Positions 13,521 to 25,515 of a DNA stretch of 64,000 nucleotides are shown one piece after another. The translations under genes were made by a program, and so were the position numbers. Within the stretch, counting starts at the first letter, position 1, and each line of letters begins with the position of its first letter. The DNA comes from the human T2T-CHM13v2.0 reference genome, Homo sapiens. The notes under the pieces were generated by a model. It was not told where the DNA came from. It searched no databases and worked only from the letters and a program-made list of their open reading frames with translations. The DNA is taken from the NCBI RefSeq assembly GCF_009914755.1, contig NC_060930.1; one strand, written 5' to 3'.

Positions 13521-16500
13521 ATAATCTTCAGTTGTAACCCAGCCTCTGATTCATCCCTCCTTGCCCCTTCCCAAATTACTATTATCTTTAGTAACATGAC
13601 TTTCTCAAATTTGAGGTGGAGATTCCATTCTAAAGGGAAGGTCTATAAATTCCATCTATGAATGAAAATGGTCAGGACATAAGATGAATTGCCATAAGGG
13701 AAAGGTTATTAGTTAGTTTAAATTTATGAATAGAATTTCTAATCAGTTTTCATTCTTTTAATAATTCAGGCTAAAACAATCTTTGTGTGTTTGTCAAAAT
13801 ATGAAAGTTGCCAGGACTGGAAAGAAAATTTGTTTTTCTTCATTGTCTTTTTTCCATCTAGAAGCCTACATACTCTGAAATGAAAAAGAGCCTAGAAACA
13901 TCAGAAAAGCAGGCATTACCACCCTCTAAGTAATACAATGTTCTATGAGTTTCACCCTTATATTTTGTTTGTTTGGTGTCTGTGAGATTAGGTGTCATTC
14001 AAAGTAGTAGTTTAAGACACAAATATTCCAGTTTGGGGGAGTATAAAAGAAACTTCAGACAAAACTAGCATCTTGCTTTCCTTCAGGAGCAAAGTAGAAT
14101 AAAATGCTTCAGAACTAATTTTGTCCAGTTGTTCTTTGGCTGTGGTCATATACTTCTTTCATAATTAGCCTTCTCTAGCTTACAGTTCAGTCTCTGGAAG
14201 TATGCATTAAAGGTGCCCCTTGGGTTTCGTCTAGTTTCTCCAGAATACTGCAGCCAGCTCTCATTAACAGTTCTGTGTCTCTTGCTTCTCAGACTGAAGG
14301 CTCAGAGACTCAGGCATCAGAGAAAGTTGGGTCTGATGCACAGCGTCAAGCAGTTTCACTGTCTCTAAGCTAAAGATAGGTGCAAGGCAAAACTATCTGA
14401 GTTTTAAGCTTTCCTAGAGCCCTGAGATTTTAGCCCTGGATCCAGTCCTGTTGGATTGTTAATTCTGAGAATGCAAGAGTGGCTCATACCATGAGCCCAG
14501 TGCCTCAGTGCCAGAGCTAAACCTGCCCTGAGCTGAAAATGGAATGGTGCAACATTGCATGCAGGTTATTAAAGATTCTGCTTACTTTACAATGGTCTGT
14601 TAACAGCTCTAATGTCTTTAACATGTGCAGCCTATTGACTTTTAAGTAACATTTTATTGAAGTAACTGCCGTGCTTATTAGCCCGTAAGATTTACGCTTC
14701 ATTTTCAGTCCTGAATCTTGGGGAGTCCTGAACCTTTCCTTAAATGGTGAGGTGGGAACACTATGAGATAAGAGATGCTCATTGTGAATGGGAACACGTG
14801 TGGTTCAGTAGGGTAAGGAAGAGAAACAGCACGTCTCCTAGGATTTGGAGAAAGCTAAAAGGTCATAGAGAAACAATCACATCTTCATTAATGGGTCTGA
14901 AATTTAGAGAAAAAAATATTTGCAGATGTGGTCAGTGTGAGTGGCTTATATCGTGGTTGTACTGTTTTATAGTGTCAGGTGGATAGTTAACTTCAATGAG
15001 TGCAAAATTTCACACAAATGAACATACAGAGAACCATCAGGACTGACACCTGAATTTAATATGGTGCTTTTACTTAGGCATTTTGGAAGAATCAAAATTT
15101 GCCCACCTATATCTTTTCACTGCTGTTAGCTCTTGAAAACACAGAGTAATGTCACTATGTTTATAAATCATTGTACACAAAATAAGTCAACATCAAATTT
15201 ATTTATCTGCAAAAAAAAAACATACTGAGGAGTAGCTGGCATTCACTTAACACTGGGATTTTGGGATTTATCAAATATTTAATTGTATAATATAAAAAGA
15301 AACTTTAATGCATTTAAAATAAACTTTGATTTTATATTAACTGTGTTAGAAATATGTAAACAGCAGAATATCTGTATAGTTTTTCTTTCATTTTTCTTTA
15401 CTGCTGAGGAAAACAGCTATACTGTGGATATTTAATAAAAAGGAATCCTCCCACATAACTACATATTAATGAGCTCAGTGTGATGGGAGAGGAAATTAAA
15501 TCTAAGAGAAATTGAAATCTTTCAGTGGCTCTACCAAAGAACACAGAGGGGAGAGCGAGAAACAGTTCATAAGGATAGGCATAAATATGACTTTCACAAG
15601 GATCTGATATTTTATAGCCTATGGAAAACTTTGAGTTTCTCATCTCGGTTTTCAGGCTGTGGCTCAATCAGTTGAAGAATATAAGCACAAGGCATGGTTT
15701 TCTTATAACTTTTCCAGACCAGAGATAAAGCACTCTTGAACATTTGTGGTAAAAACTAAAAGAAGACAGTTAAGAACCCACTACTAATCCTGGGCCAGTA
15801 CTATTTCTTCTGCTTTTGAGACATCTCTCCCTTTCTGAGAAATCCCATCACCCATGTTTGAACTGATGGAAGAGAACTGTCTGTCATAGCCACAGAGCTT
15901 AAATTACCAGCTTTTCAGGTCTACAGAGACTTTGAGAGATGTACTAATATATTCACAACAGGCGGAAAGTGCCAACAGAAACAGATCTTGAATTGGTTCC
16001 CAAACAGGATGACAAAAAATGTCCACCCAGACCACACACGATTCAGCCACGTCGCACGAGAGTCCTGCAACATATACTTGTTTTGTTTCACCCACCTATC
16101 AGCAGACCAGGACCTCTTCACAGGGGGGACTAGATCGCTCCTGCCATTTAATTAAATTTTGCACTTAGCTCAGTGATGCAGAATCTGTGTTGGTAAAAAG
16201 TATATAATTCTTCCAAGTAGTTCAGTCTCAAAAAGATGTTTCCTTTAAGAAAAAATAAGGTGGGTGAGGGAGAAGGAGGGGCAGTGTGCAAAGAAGAGAG
16301 TTAAGTTTTTGCTCTGAAATTGCACACACTATACATGCATAAATTGTATGTACATTTATCAATCTTATTTTTTTATTTCAGAGCAATTTTAAAACAATTG
16401 TGTGAATATTAGTTAAAGTAAAGCACTAAAGCAAGACTAAGCCTGCCTATTGCAAAAGCCTGGAAATTCAATACAAATTTTATAAAATTAGTTTCTATTC

Positions 16501-18873
16501 TGATCGTTTCTGGACATAGAATCTTTTAAAGAGATTGTGAAATCGCAGAGACTGCTATGAACTGGGAATATTTTTGACATTCAGATGATATTCCCTGAAA
16601 ACTCTTGATTCTACCCACAGCAAGCAAGGCAAAGTGCTTCCTAAAATGACTAAAAAAGATCCCCAGTCTAGCTGCCTTGCTCAAATCTAAGCATTACAGG
16701 CACAAAACTGAAATGCTGAGTACTTGAAAGCATCTGTGGTGTCTTACTCCTGATTAATTGTAGATATCCCTATGTGAAAACAATTAATAAAAGGCTGAAA
16801 AAGATTGGTGATTCTCAACATTTAAGGACCGCTATATGAGTTTTTTTCAACCATGGTTAATGCTTTAGTCCCAACACCTTTAATAAAAGCAAGGTGACAG
16901 ACTATGAAAACATTTACTTCAGATCTACAAGCAAATCTGATACTATTGTTGAAAGATGCTTCAGGGCACGTGTACACATGTTCCACAGGAGCAAGGGCTG
17001 TGGAGGAGGTGGAGGTGTGGTGTGCGGTGCTCTGCCTCCTGCATGGGGAACGGTGTGATTCCCCAGAATAACTGCAGGGCTTTGATATTTTAAACCTGCT
17101 AAAAGAAAAAAAAGCTGGAGGACTAATCCTATGCACATCGCAGGGGAGAGAGTATTATCGAAAGGCAAATGTATTTTCTCATAAAAGTTAGATTTTTTTC
17201 TGATTTTAAGTAAACTGTGGTTTCATAAACCCATGTTAGTGCTATATGAAGGAGGTTTACATATGGCCATGCAATTATTTCACACTGAAAGTCACAACTC
17301 ATGCTTCATCCACCATCAAACCCAAACCCTGAAAATGCAAACAGGCAATTTCACAGCTAGCTTAAACATTGATTGTTAAATAGCATCACATTTTCAGATT
17401 TCCAAACAGTGTATTTCATAAAACAACAAGAAGTAATTTTGTAACTCCCTGGATAGAAATCAGGGAACAATAAAACTTAAATCATTTCAGGGACCTGAGA
17501 GATTTCTGTTTAGCAAAGCCAGTGTTATCTAAGAAAAGAATTGGTTCTGATCCATGTCTACCATGTTCTTCCTAGTTTTTTTTGGCTAACATGAGATAAA
17601 AATTAGGGCATATTTATTTTGTAATGCCGTGATCAGTATTTATTTTTGAACGTGTTCTTTTTTATTTTCTACCATGTTGTGATGGCTCTCTGAAAAAGTC
17701 CCAGTATGTAATAAGGGTTTAAAATACTGTAACCCTGGGATTTCAGAATACCAAATATTTGAATATGTCCCAAAGCATGATTACTTTAGAGAGAGAATTG
17801 AGGTCTGATATTGCACAAGCAAAAATAAAATGATTGCATGGGGGAAAATACTATGTTGCTTGGGAAAGTGATCAGGGTTCCTATTTTGGGGCATCACATA
17901 GCATTTGTTCTCACATGACAGAAAAATTATTTTTCTTATAACATTATTCAAGTTGTATAATATAGGCTATATTTGAAAAATAAATGAATTTTATGCAAAT
18001 GAAATATTTGAAACAGAAATAAACAGTTCTTTTTTATTTTTTAAACTTTAAATAGTTAAAATGTGGTAGATTATTTCTGATTTAAAGTCTAAATAGATGC
18101 TCTCAAAATGTCATAAACAAATGTGAACTACTATGTGTTCATAAATCTAATTTCCATTCCTTCCTTATGAGATGCTATTAAACACTATTTAATAGCATAC
18201 TATGTAATTCTAATGGGAGATTGGATCTCCACTATTTAGATGTTGTGTCCAATTAAAACCATTTAAATTTAAAGCAATAGTATATTAAGAAAATTCCACT
18301 TTAGTAATAAAATTATGTTATCTTCTCTTGTCAACCAAATTCTATGAACATTTTCTCGAAATTGTAATAAATACTTAGTTTTCTATAAAATCATATATTG
18401 TCTATGTTGCAATGTACAGTTATGGTAGGTGCTATTAAAGAAAAGCTGTTGCTTCATTATAATTATTCTCTAATTTGAGCATTATTTAAAAAATCTGTGT
18501 GTGTGTCTGAACATGTGTGTACGAAACCATATTGTTTTCTATATGTAAGAAAAAAGCATTCCATTGAATTTATTAAGAAATAAAACATATCCGTTGACTT
18601 TAAGTTCAAACTAGATGACAATGACTAGGGGTATTGGAAGAAAAAAAAACTAATAAAAATAAATTTCTTACACAAACCCCCAGAATTATGACATTCCTTT
18701 TTGAACAAGTTTATTTGTATTGTTAGTCATATTAAGGCGATTGCATGAATCTCTGTAGAGATCAAAGCCTTATGACAACTTAATGACTCTGCAGATTGCA
18801 ATGTGTTCCTTACCATTTTAACATCCAGTTCTAAATTTAAAAAAGAATTTGATTTCTCCACCCTCCATAGCTG

Positions 18874-19168
18874 TTTTTTTTTTTTTTTTTAGATGGAGTC
18901 TCACTGTCGTCCAGGCTGGAGTACAGTGGCAGGATCTTGGCTCATGCAACCTGTGCCTCCTTGATTCAAGCGATTCTCCTGCCTCAGCCTCCCAAGTAGC
19001 TGGGATTACAGGTGCCTGCCACCACACCCAGCTAATTTTTGTATTTTTAGTAGAGACAGGGTTTCGCCATGTTGGCCAGGCTGATCTCGAACTCGTGCCC
19101 TCAAGTGATCCACCCACCTTGGCCTCCCAAAGTGCTGGGACTACAGGCATAAGCCACCGTGCCCGGCC
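18874..19168 (-). mobile_element. Full-length AluS-type SINE
   Basis: Poly(T) followed by reverse Alu; TSD cacc(c/g)tccatag at 18859-18870 and 19169-19180. Confidence 0.97.
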
Positions 19169-19249
19169 CACCGTCCATAGTTTTTTAAATCACAGAGCCT
19201 ATATGGCTTTCAGCAGTAACCATGGCAGACACACTCACAATGTACATCT

Positions 19250-19410
19250 GTAGAGAGCTTTATTGTTTTCGAAGCATTTTCACACACATAACCTTGAGAG
19301 GTAGACAGTTTTCACGGCTATTTTATAGATAAGGAAGCTGAGATACAGAAAGTCGAGTGGTAGATCCCAAATATTAGAAGGTGAGCTAGAAGTACAATTC
19401 AAGTTTTGAA
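19250..19410 (-). mobile_element. MIR SINE
   Basis: attttatagataaggaagctgagatacagaaag, reverse MIR core. Confidence 0.5.
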
Positions 19411-19784
19411 TTGTACTTGAATTGAGACATCAAGCCCAGATCTAGTAATTTTAGAGACCACTAAACAAGCACAGATGTGACAGTTTCCTAAGGCTTGGGG
19501 AATCTTCATAGCAGCAACAGTGTATGAATTTTAACATCCTTCTTCTAGGTATCTAATTCCAACTGTATACTTGAATGTGTATGAACAGAGAACCATTCAC
19601 ACAAACCGCATTTAAAAATTATTTTAAAGATGAAGCATATTGGCCTTAAGATTGAGATGGGGGACTCGAACCAGGATGTGTTTAGACTTATTGGATCCAA
19701 GTCAAAGTGGCCAGTTAACATTCTGGAAGCTTCACGTTCTCAGTTTTATGCCACTCAGCATGGCTCTGGTCAAGCCAGTTGTAC

Positions 19785-19928
19785 CACGACTAGCTCTGCC
19801 TCTGGAACAAGCTGTTCAATCTCTCTTAGCCTTAGCTTCCTCATCTCTAAAATGGGGATAATAATACCTCCCTCATAGGGATTTTTGTGAAGATTAAATG
19901 TGATAATACGAATAAAGCCATTGAACAA
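19785..19928 (+). mobile_element. MIR SINE (interrupted at 3' end by MLT1)
   Basis: ccttagcttcctcatctctaaaatggggataataatacctccctcataggg, MIR core. Confidence 0.7.
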
Positions 19929-20395
19929 TGTATTAGATTTTTAGGGCTGCCATAACATTATCTCAAACTGAGTGACTTAAAACAACATAAATTTATTCTC
20001 TCACCATTCTGAGGCCAAGTCCAAAACGAAGATATGTATGGGCTGCACTCCCTCCAGAGGCTCTCAGGGAGAGCCTTTCTTTGCCTCCTCCAGCGTTTGC
20101 TGGTTTCAGGTGTCCCTTGGTTTGTGACTGATTAATGCCAATCTCGGTCTCTTGAAATGGCCTTCTCCTCAGTCTCCATCCCAAATCTCCCTCTATCTTC
20201 CACTTTTAAGGACACTTGTCTTTGAATTTAGGACCCTCGCGAAAGTTTAGGATCATCTCATCTTGAGATCCATAATTCAATCACACCTACAAAACTCTTT
20301 TTTTTTTTCCCAAATAAGGTCATATTCACAGGTTCTGAGGAGTAAGACATAAACATATCTTTTTTGGGGGAGGGGGTTGTCACAATTTAACCCAG
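19929..20395 (-). mobile_element. MLT1 (B/C-like) solo LTR
   Basis: tgtattag...gggctgccataaca...cttaaaacaacataaatttattctctcaccattctg...aaataaggtcatattcacaggttctg matches reverse MLT1. Confidence 0.85.
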
Positions 20396-20480
20396 AGCCT
20401 GGGAACAAACCCCTGCACCTTCTACCTCTATTGTCCTTGATTCAGACCATAAAATGTGGTCAATTTTGCAGTGATTAGCT

Positions 20481-20662
20481 CAGCAGTTCCCAATCCTGAC
20501 TGTACATTAGGATCACCTGGGGTGTCTTTGAACCTCTCAGTACCCACCTGGGCTGCATTATAGACCAATTAGATCAGAATCTCTGAGAGTGGAACACAAA
20601 AATTGGTATGTTTTAAAGTTCCCCAGGTGATTCCAATGCACAGTCAAGGTTAGGAACTGTGG
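20481..20662. mobile_element. MER5A (hAT-Charlie) DNA transposon
   Basis: Imperfect TIRs cagcagttcccaa / ttaggaactgtgg; internal atcagaatctctg and ccccaggtgattccaatgcacagtcaagg. Confidence 0.8.
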
Positions 20663-22029
20663 TACAAGGGCTCAATTGAAGGCCAGTCCATAGAGGTCCT
20701 GGGTTTTCTGGATTAAACAAGAATCTTTGGGTTTTACCTGTTCAATGTACCAAGACTTTTGGGGTACAGAAACAGAAATTTATTGTTTTATCAGCACACC
20801 TATGCAAATCATGGTCCTTGACTTCTGCACACCATTTTTGCTTGTGCTGTATGCTAACTCTCATCTGTAGGAGTGAAATTTAGTAGAAGGATTTAAGGCA
20901 GGACTAGATAGGAAATTTAGGAGACAAGCTCCAATTTCAGTGACATTGTTGATCCCAGAGGACTCTGTCTAGTGGGGCTTGATATGGATATAATATTTTG
21001 TTTCCAAATCTAAATCAAGCTAAGGCTCTGGGGCAGTACAAGAGACTGTGTAGTGCTGGAAAAATTCTTTTCTGACATTCCTAGGCATACCTTGCAAATA
21101 AAAACATCATACAATTCTTTTGCAGGAGGCTTTAGTGTGTTTACTAGAGTAGGTGATGTTTGTTGGGTTAGTCTGTCCAAGGTGTTGGCAAATTCTTTCA
21201 GTAGTTTTCTTTTAACACTGTTCCAGTCGCTGACCTTCTGCATGGATTATAGGTTTTCTTTTTGAAGCAAAACTCCAGAAGAGACTTGGGAAGGAAACTT
21301 GCTCTTGTGCCACCTGACTCAGGAGGCCAGCATGTATCACAATCAAACACCACCACTATTCAAAGCTGCAGCACAATAGGTCCCCTGCACGTTAGGTTCA
21401 AAGTACTTTTCTACCTGGCGTGGCTATTCAGTCATCAAGTGGCAGATCCTCAAGAGGTCCCATTACTGATCCCTTCTGTCCTGATAGCCTCACCTATGTC
21501 CCCTTTGAAAACATGATCCCAGAAACCAGCCTAAGACCTTCTTTTACAATAAAGAATGCACAGTTGATAAAGCAGATGAGGATGCCCATCCGAGGGCATC
21601 TTTCAAAACACAGTGTTAGGTCGAAGCAATAAAGCTCCAAATTATAACACTTGGGCATTAGCCTGATTTTGAGACATATTTTGAGATAACAGAATGATGG
21701 GTCTAATGCTTTGAAATTAAACAACATTTGTCCACCCACTTTTCCTACATATTAGCCTAGACTCAGGGCAGGCATTTTCAGAGCATCCATAGAATGCACT
21801 GGTTATTAGCTATCCACATGCACTCCATCATCTACAGCTTAAGAATCTCACAGGGTAAACTGGAATTAAGAGCACTGAAGTCTTCTTAGGAAAGGGATGT
21901 GGGTCTTGGGAAACTTGAGTCTTTTGGATAGGAAAAAGGTGGGAGTACATGATGACGTCTCTACAAATTACACCTTGGAGGAGACAGACTTCTCCTTCCA
22001 AGTGGCATTGAAAGGTCAGCAGATAACAT

Positions 22030-22270
22030 GCAGAATAATTCGGTTTATACTTACCTGGGTAGTAATACTATATTTTAAAAACAACAACAAGAAGAAGAAC
22101 AAGAGAAGGAATGTCACAGAAGTCAGGATAAAGGTTACTGTAGAGAAGAAGGGGCAGTAGAGAACTTCCAAAGAGGAGAGATGTCTTCTTTCTTAATCAG
22201 ATGGTTACATGTGAGTTTATTTTATTATTATTCTTTACACAGTAAATACTTCCCTGTGTATGCTATATTC
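22030..22270 (+). mobile_element. L1ME 3' end fragment
   Basis: agaagtcaggataaaggttac and ggttacatgtgagtttattttattattattcttta are L1ME 3'UTR hallmarks. Confidence 0.55.
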
Positions 22271-23619
22271 TGCAGTTTTTAAAAAGATAGCAGTGTTAAA
22301 TTGGACTATAAAGTATAAAAAAGACTTTTTTTCACTTATTTCATATCTTTTATTTCGACAATGTGCTTGATTGGTACACTTATAAAACATTTGTTAAACG
22401 ACAGTTCCATTAACATGTAATATCTTTTAAGATAAAAAGTTTTCATAATAATAAGGGAAATTCTCTTGAGGGGTGAGGACAGAGCAGAGCAAACAATGGC
22501 TCTGCTCATTAAAAATACTTTCTTCATACCATCACCATTCCTGAAAAAGAGAAATCCTGAGATAAGTAAAGTGGCAGTTCTGTTGACATAAAAGAAGTCG
22601 TTAGAAGGGAGGGTGGGACGGGCAGAAAACTGCCATGTAACTACTCTTCCTATCCACTTTTCCAAGTGCTTTCCTGGGAAGTTTTCCACTGTTTGACTTT
22701 TTATTTTCTTTACGGAATTTATATCTCCTCACCTAATGTTGCTGGTTTTCACCCCAATTATACCTGTAAAAGCCATTTGTGAAGTCACCTGGAAGATTTT
22801 TGACAGAAAGGGGGTGTGTAGATCTGGAAATGCTAGATGGGGCCCCTGCATCTGACTCCTTGTCCCAATTCTTTTCCTTGGGAATTGCCTGAAGAAATGC
22901 CTCTACTGGGGCTTGTTACATTTGTAAATGAATTTTTTTCCATTGTGTGTGGGAGTCTTGAGAACTTACTAATATTGAAACAGGTAACAACAATTTAAAC
23001 ATTTTTAAAAGTTGATGCAAACAAATAGCCTTAAGAGTTAACATTATTAACACATTTCTATTCCGCTAATGTGGTATGAAACTGACACACAGAATTTTCA
23101 ATTGTATTATTCCATGTTACCCTAAAAAACAATTTTGGAATGAACTCAAGAAAGGTAATGTTCTTTTTACTTTAGATAAAAGAAATCACTGGGATAAAAA
23201 TGGAAGGGATGTATAGCTGTTATAAAAGAAAGGTATTTAAGTCAAGCAAGAATTTAATTGCCATTTCACAGTGCCTTGCTTTTGTTCCTAATTTTCTAAT
23301 CCTGTTCTGTACTGTTCCTTATTTTCTAATTTTCTAAGCTGATAACGACCCACACGTGCAAATTCTGGTTTAACACCCCAGAAAGTTTAATTGCATTTAT
23401 TCTTGTTTACTGGTTTTGGCAATTTTAGCCAATCTTATGATCTTTTGCAAAGTAACAACGTAGAGACAGTATGAATGCTGATGGTAGATGTTGAAGCTGA
23501 TAATTAAACCAGACTTTTTGTGAGAGGGAATTTTGTAGCCCAGGCTCACAAGCTCACAGACTTTCCTTGTTGTGAGATTATTTATTTACTCAGATCCCCA
23601 CACATTTTGTGTTTTATCC

Positions 23620-23950
23620 TGGGGTTGGGCGGAGGCAGGCGTGGGGAAGCCTTTTCTAAAAGTCAGAGTACGAAATACTCACAGGGATTCCTAAATTCAG
23701 CAATTACTCAACCACTGGTGCAGAGAAGGTAAGTTATTTAGAGTTGTTGATGTTTTAAATAAGCCGAGTGAAGGAAGCTCTTCAGGCGGACAAAGCGGAG
23801 AATATTGGGCCAAAGGGCCGAGCACACCCCTGCAGTGCCCTTCGCCCAGTCTACCATGGGGTGGCGCTCTAAGGCCCAGATTTGCCCGCCCTCGTCCTCC
23901 ACGCGCTATTGCAAGCAGCAGAGAATGAACCCTCTCAAGCTTTCGTTCTT
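23620..23950. promoter_or_regulatory. CpG-enriched non-repeat patch; candidate promoter/enhancer
   Basis: 14 CpGs in ~330 bp against a CpG-poor background; GC box GGGCGG 23627-23632; consensus donor AAG|GTAAGT at 23729. Confidence 0.45.
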
Positions 23951-25371
23951 GTGTCTCTTTCTCATTGTACATGTAAAATATTTACATTGAAAACCCACTG
24001 ACCGTCAGCAATGATGAAAATAACTAAGTAATTAGAAATTGGTTGGACATTTGTATACTTAGCTCTCTCAAGTATGTTTATACAGCTGATAGAAATGAAG
24101 GTTTGGGATAAAAAGAATAATAGCACTATCATATAATTTCAAAGTTTGAATTACTTTTTTTCCTGAAAATATTTTAGGTTAAAAAAACCGCTCATATCTA
24201 AACTCCTAGAAATCCACTTTTAACCTTTTAATAAATTATGCCATATAATACAATTTTAAAATCCAAAGATTCAAGGTAATTTAGTTATTAATGAAGTCAG
24301 AGTTACTGTATTTTTTCATGATAAAAGAAGGAAGGTGAATAGATTTTAAATAAATGAAGATTTCAAGCTAGCACCTTTGTTTTAGTTTAGCACCCTGGAC
24401 TATGCCCTGTTGAAAGCATTAAAGAAAGATGCAAAATCTTTGAATAAACTGCAAATTAATCTCCATTACCCAAATAATTTCCATCATTTTTATTGTTTTA
24501 CTGGGCAGATATATTGCTCTGTGTAAAGGGAAAAAAGAGAGTGCTCGATTTTCAAAGGGAAAGAAGCATAGAGGATAAGGTTCACAGCTACAAAAATACA
24601 TATGATTCATTTTAAAATGGAGCCTTAAAGACAGTGGTCTGGTCAACCATCAGCATCTTCCATTACCAAGAAGAAAATATCCTCCCATATGAACCATATC
24701 TACCATTTTTTATCTTATTCATTTTACTTAATATCATATCATGAGCACTTTCCCAAATTATTAAATACTCTTAGAAAATCTCATTATTCATGGCTCTATC
24801 ATCATTTAAAAAAATTTTGCGTATTACTCATTGAACAGACTATTTTTAATTTTTCTAAACAATTGTCTAATAAGTCCTTATAAATAAAATTGCCCAGGAG
24901 ATATATGTACATAAATTTTTGTCAAGCAACTGTCTTTAAATCTTTAAAGAAAGTTTTATTTTAATGTAAAAAAATTTAATCTTAACTTTAAAAAGTTTTT
25001 TAAAAAGAAACCGTAGATAAATATACTCCTACATAATATAAAATTGATTATATAGACAAGCATTTTTTTGTCGGGGGGGTGGGGGGAGGGTTGGAGAGTG
25101 TCAGGATTTTAAAATCCCAGTTAGAATAAACAGATACTGTATCTACTTGGATTAATTTTGAGATGCCAAATTTCCAGAACTATTCATTAATATCTCATTA
25201 ATGTCAGATTTATATACTCAACAAATCTGAAAGAGTCAATCTAATTTACTATTTAAACGTTGACATTTTATATTTTTTCTACACAAATATTTGGGTTTAA
25301 AAAGGAAACCAAGAGCTATATTGGGAAAAACTTTGATGCCCCTGACCCTAAGAAAGCGTTACTCTTCATGA

Positions 25372-25515
25372 AGAAAGAATAAATGTTTGAGGTGGCAGAT
25401 ATCCCAGTTACCCAGATTTGATCATTTCACATTGTATCCTTGTATCAAATATCACATGTACTCCATAAATTAATAAATAAGTTTAATTAAATTAATAAAA
25501 ATTTTAAAAATTAAA
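25372..25515 (+). mobile_element. L1MA 3' end fragment
   Basis: ataaatgtttgaggtggcagatatcccagttacccagatttgatcatttcacattgtat...atatcacatgtactccataaat plus A-rich tail. Confidence 0.75.

Noticed and set aside
18818-19253. 117-134 aa ORFs (similar ones at 4131, 5942, 39131 and 55705)
   Set aside because: Typical Alu-derived translations
22047-22058. ATACTTACCTGG identical to the U1 snRNA 5' end
   Set aside because: Similarity stops after 12 nt, so it is not a U1 pseudogene; reinterpreted as a minus-strand donor site
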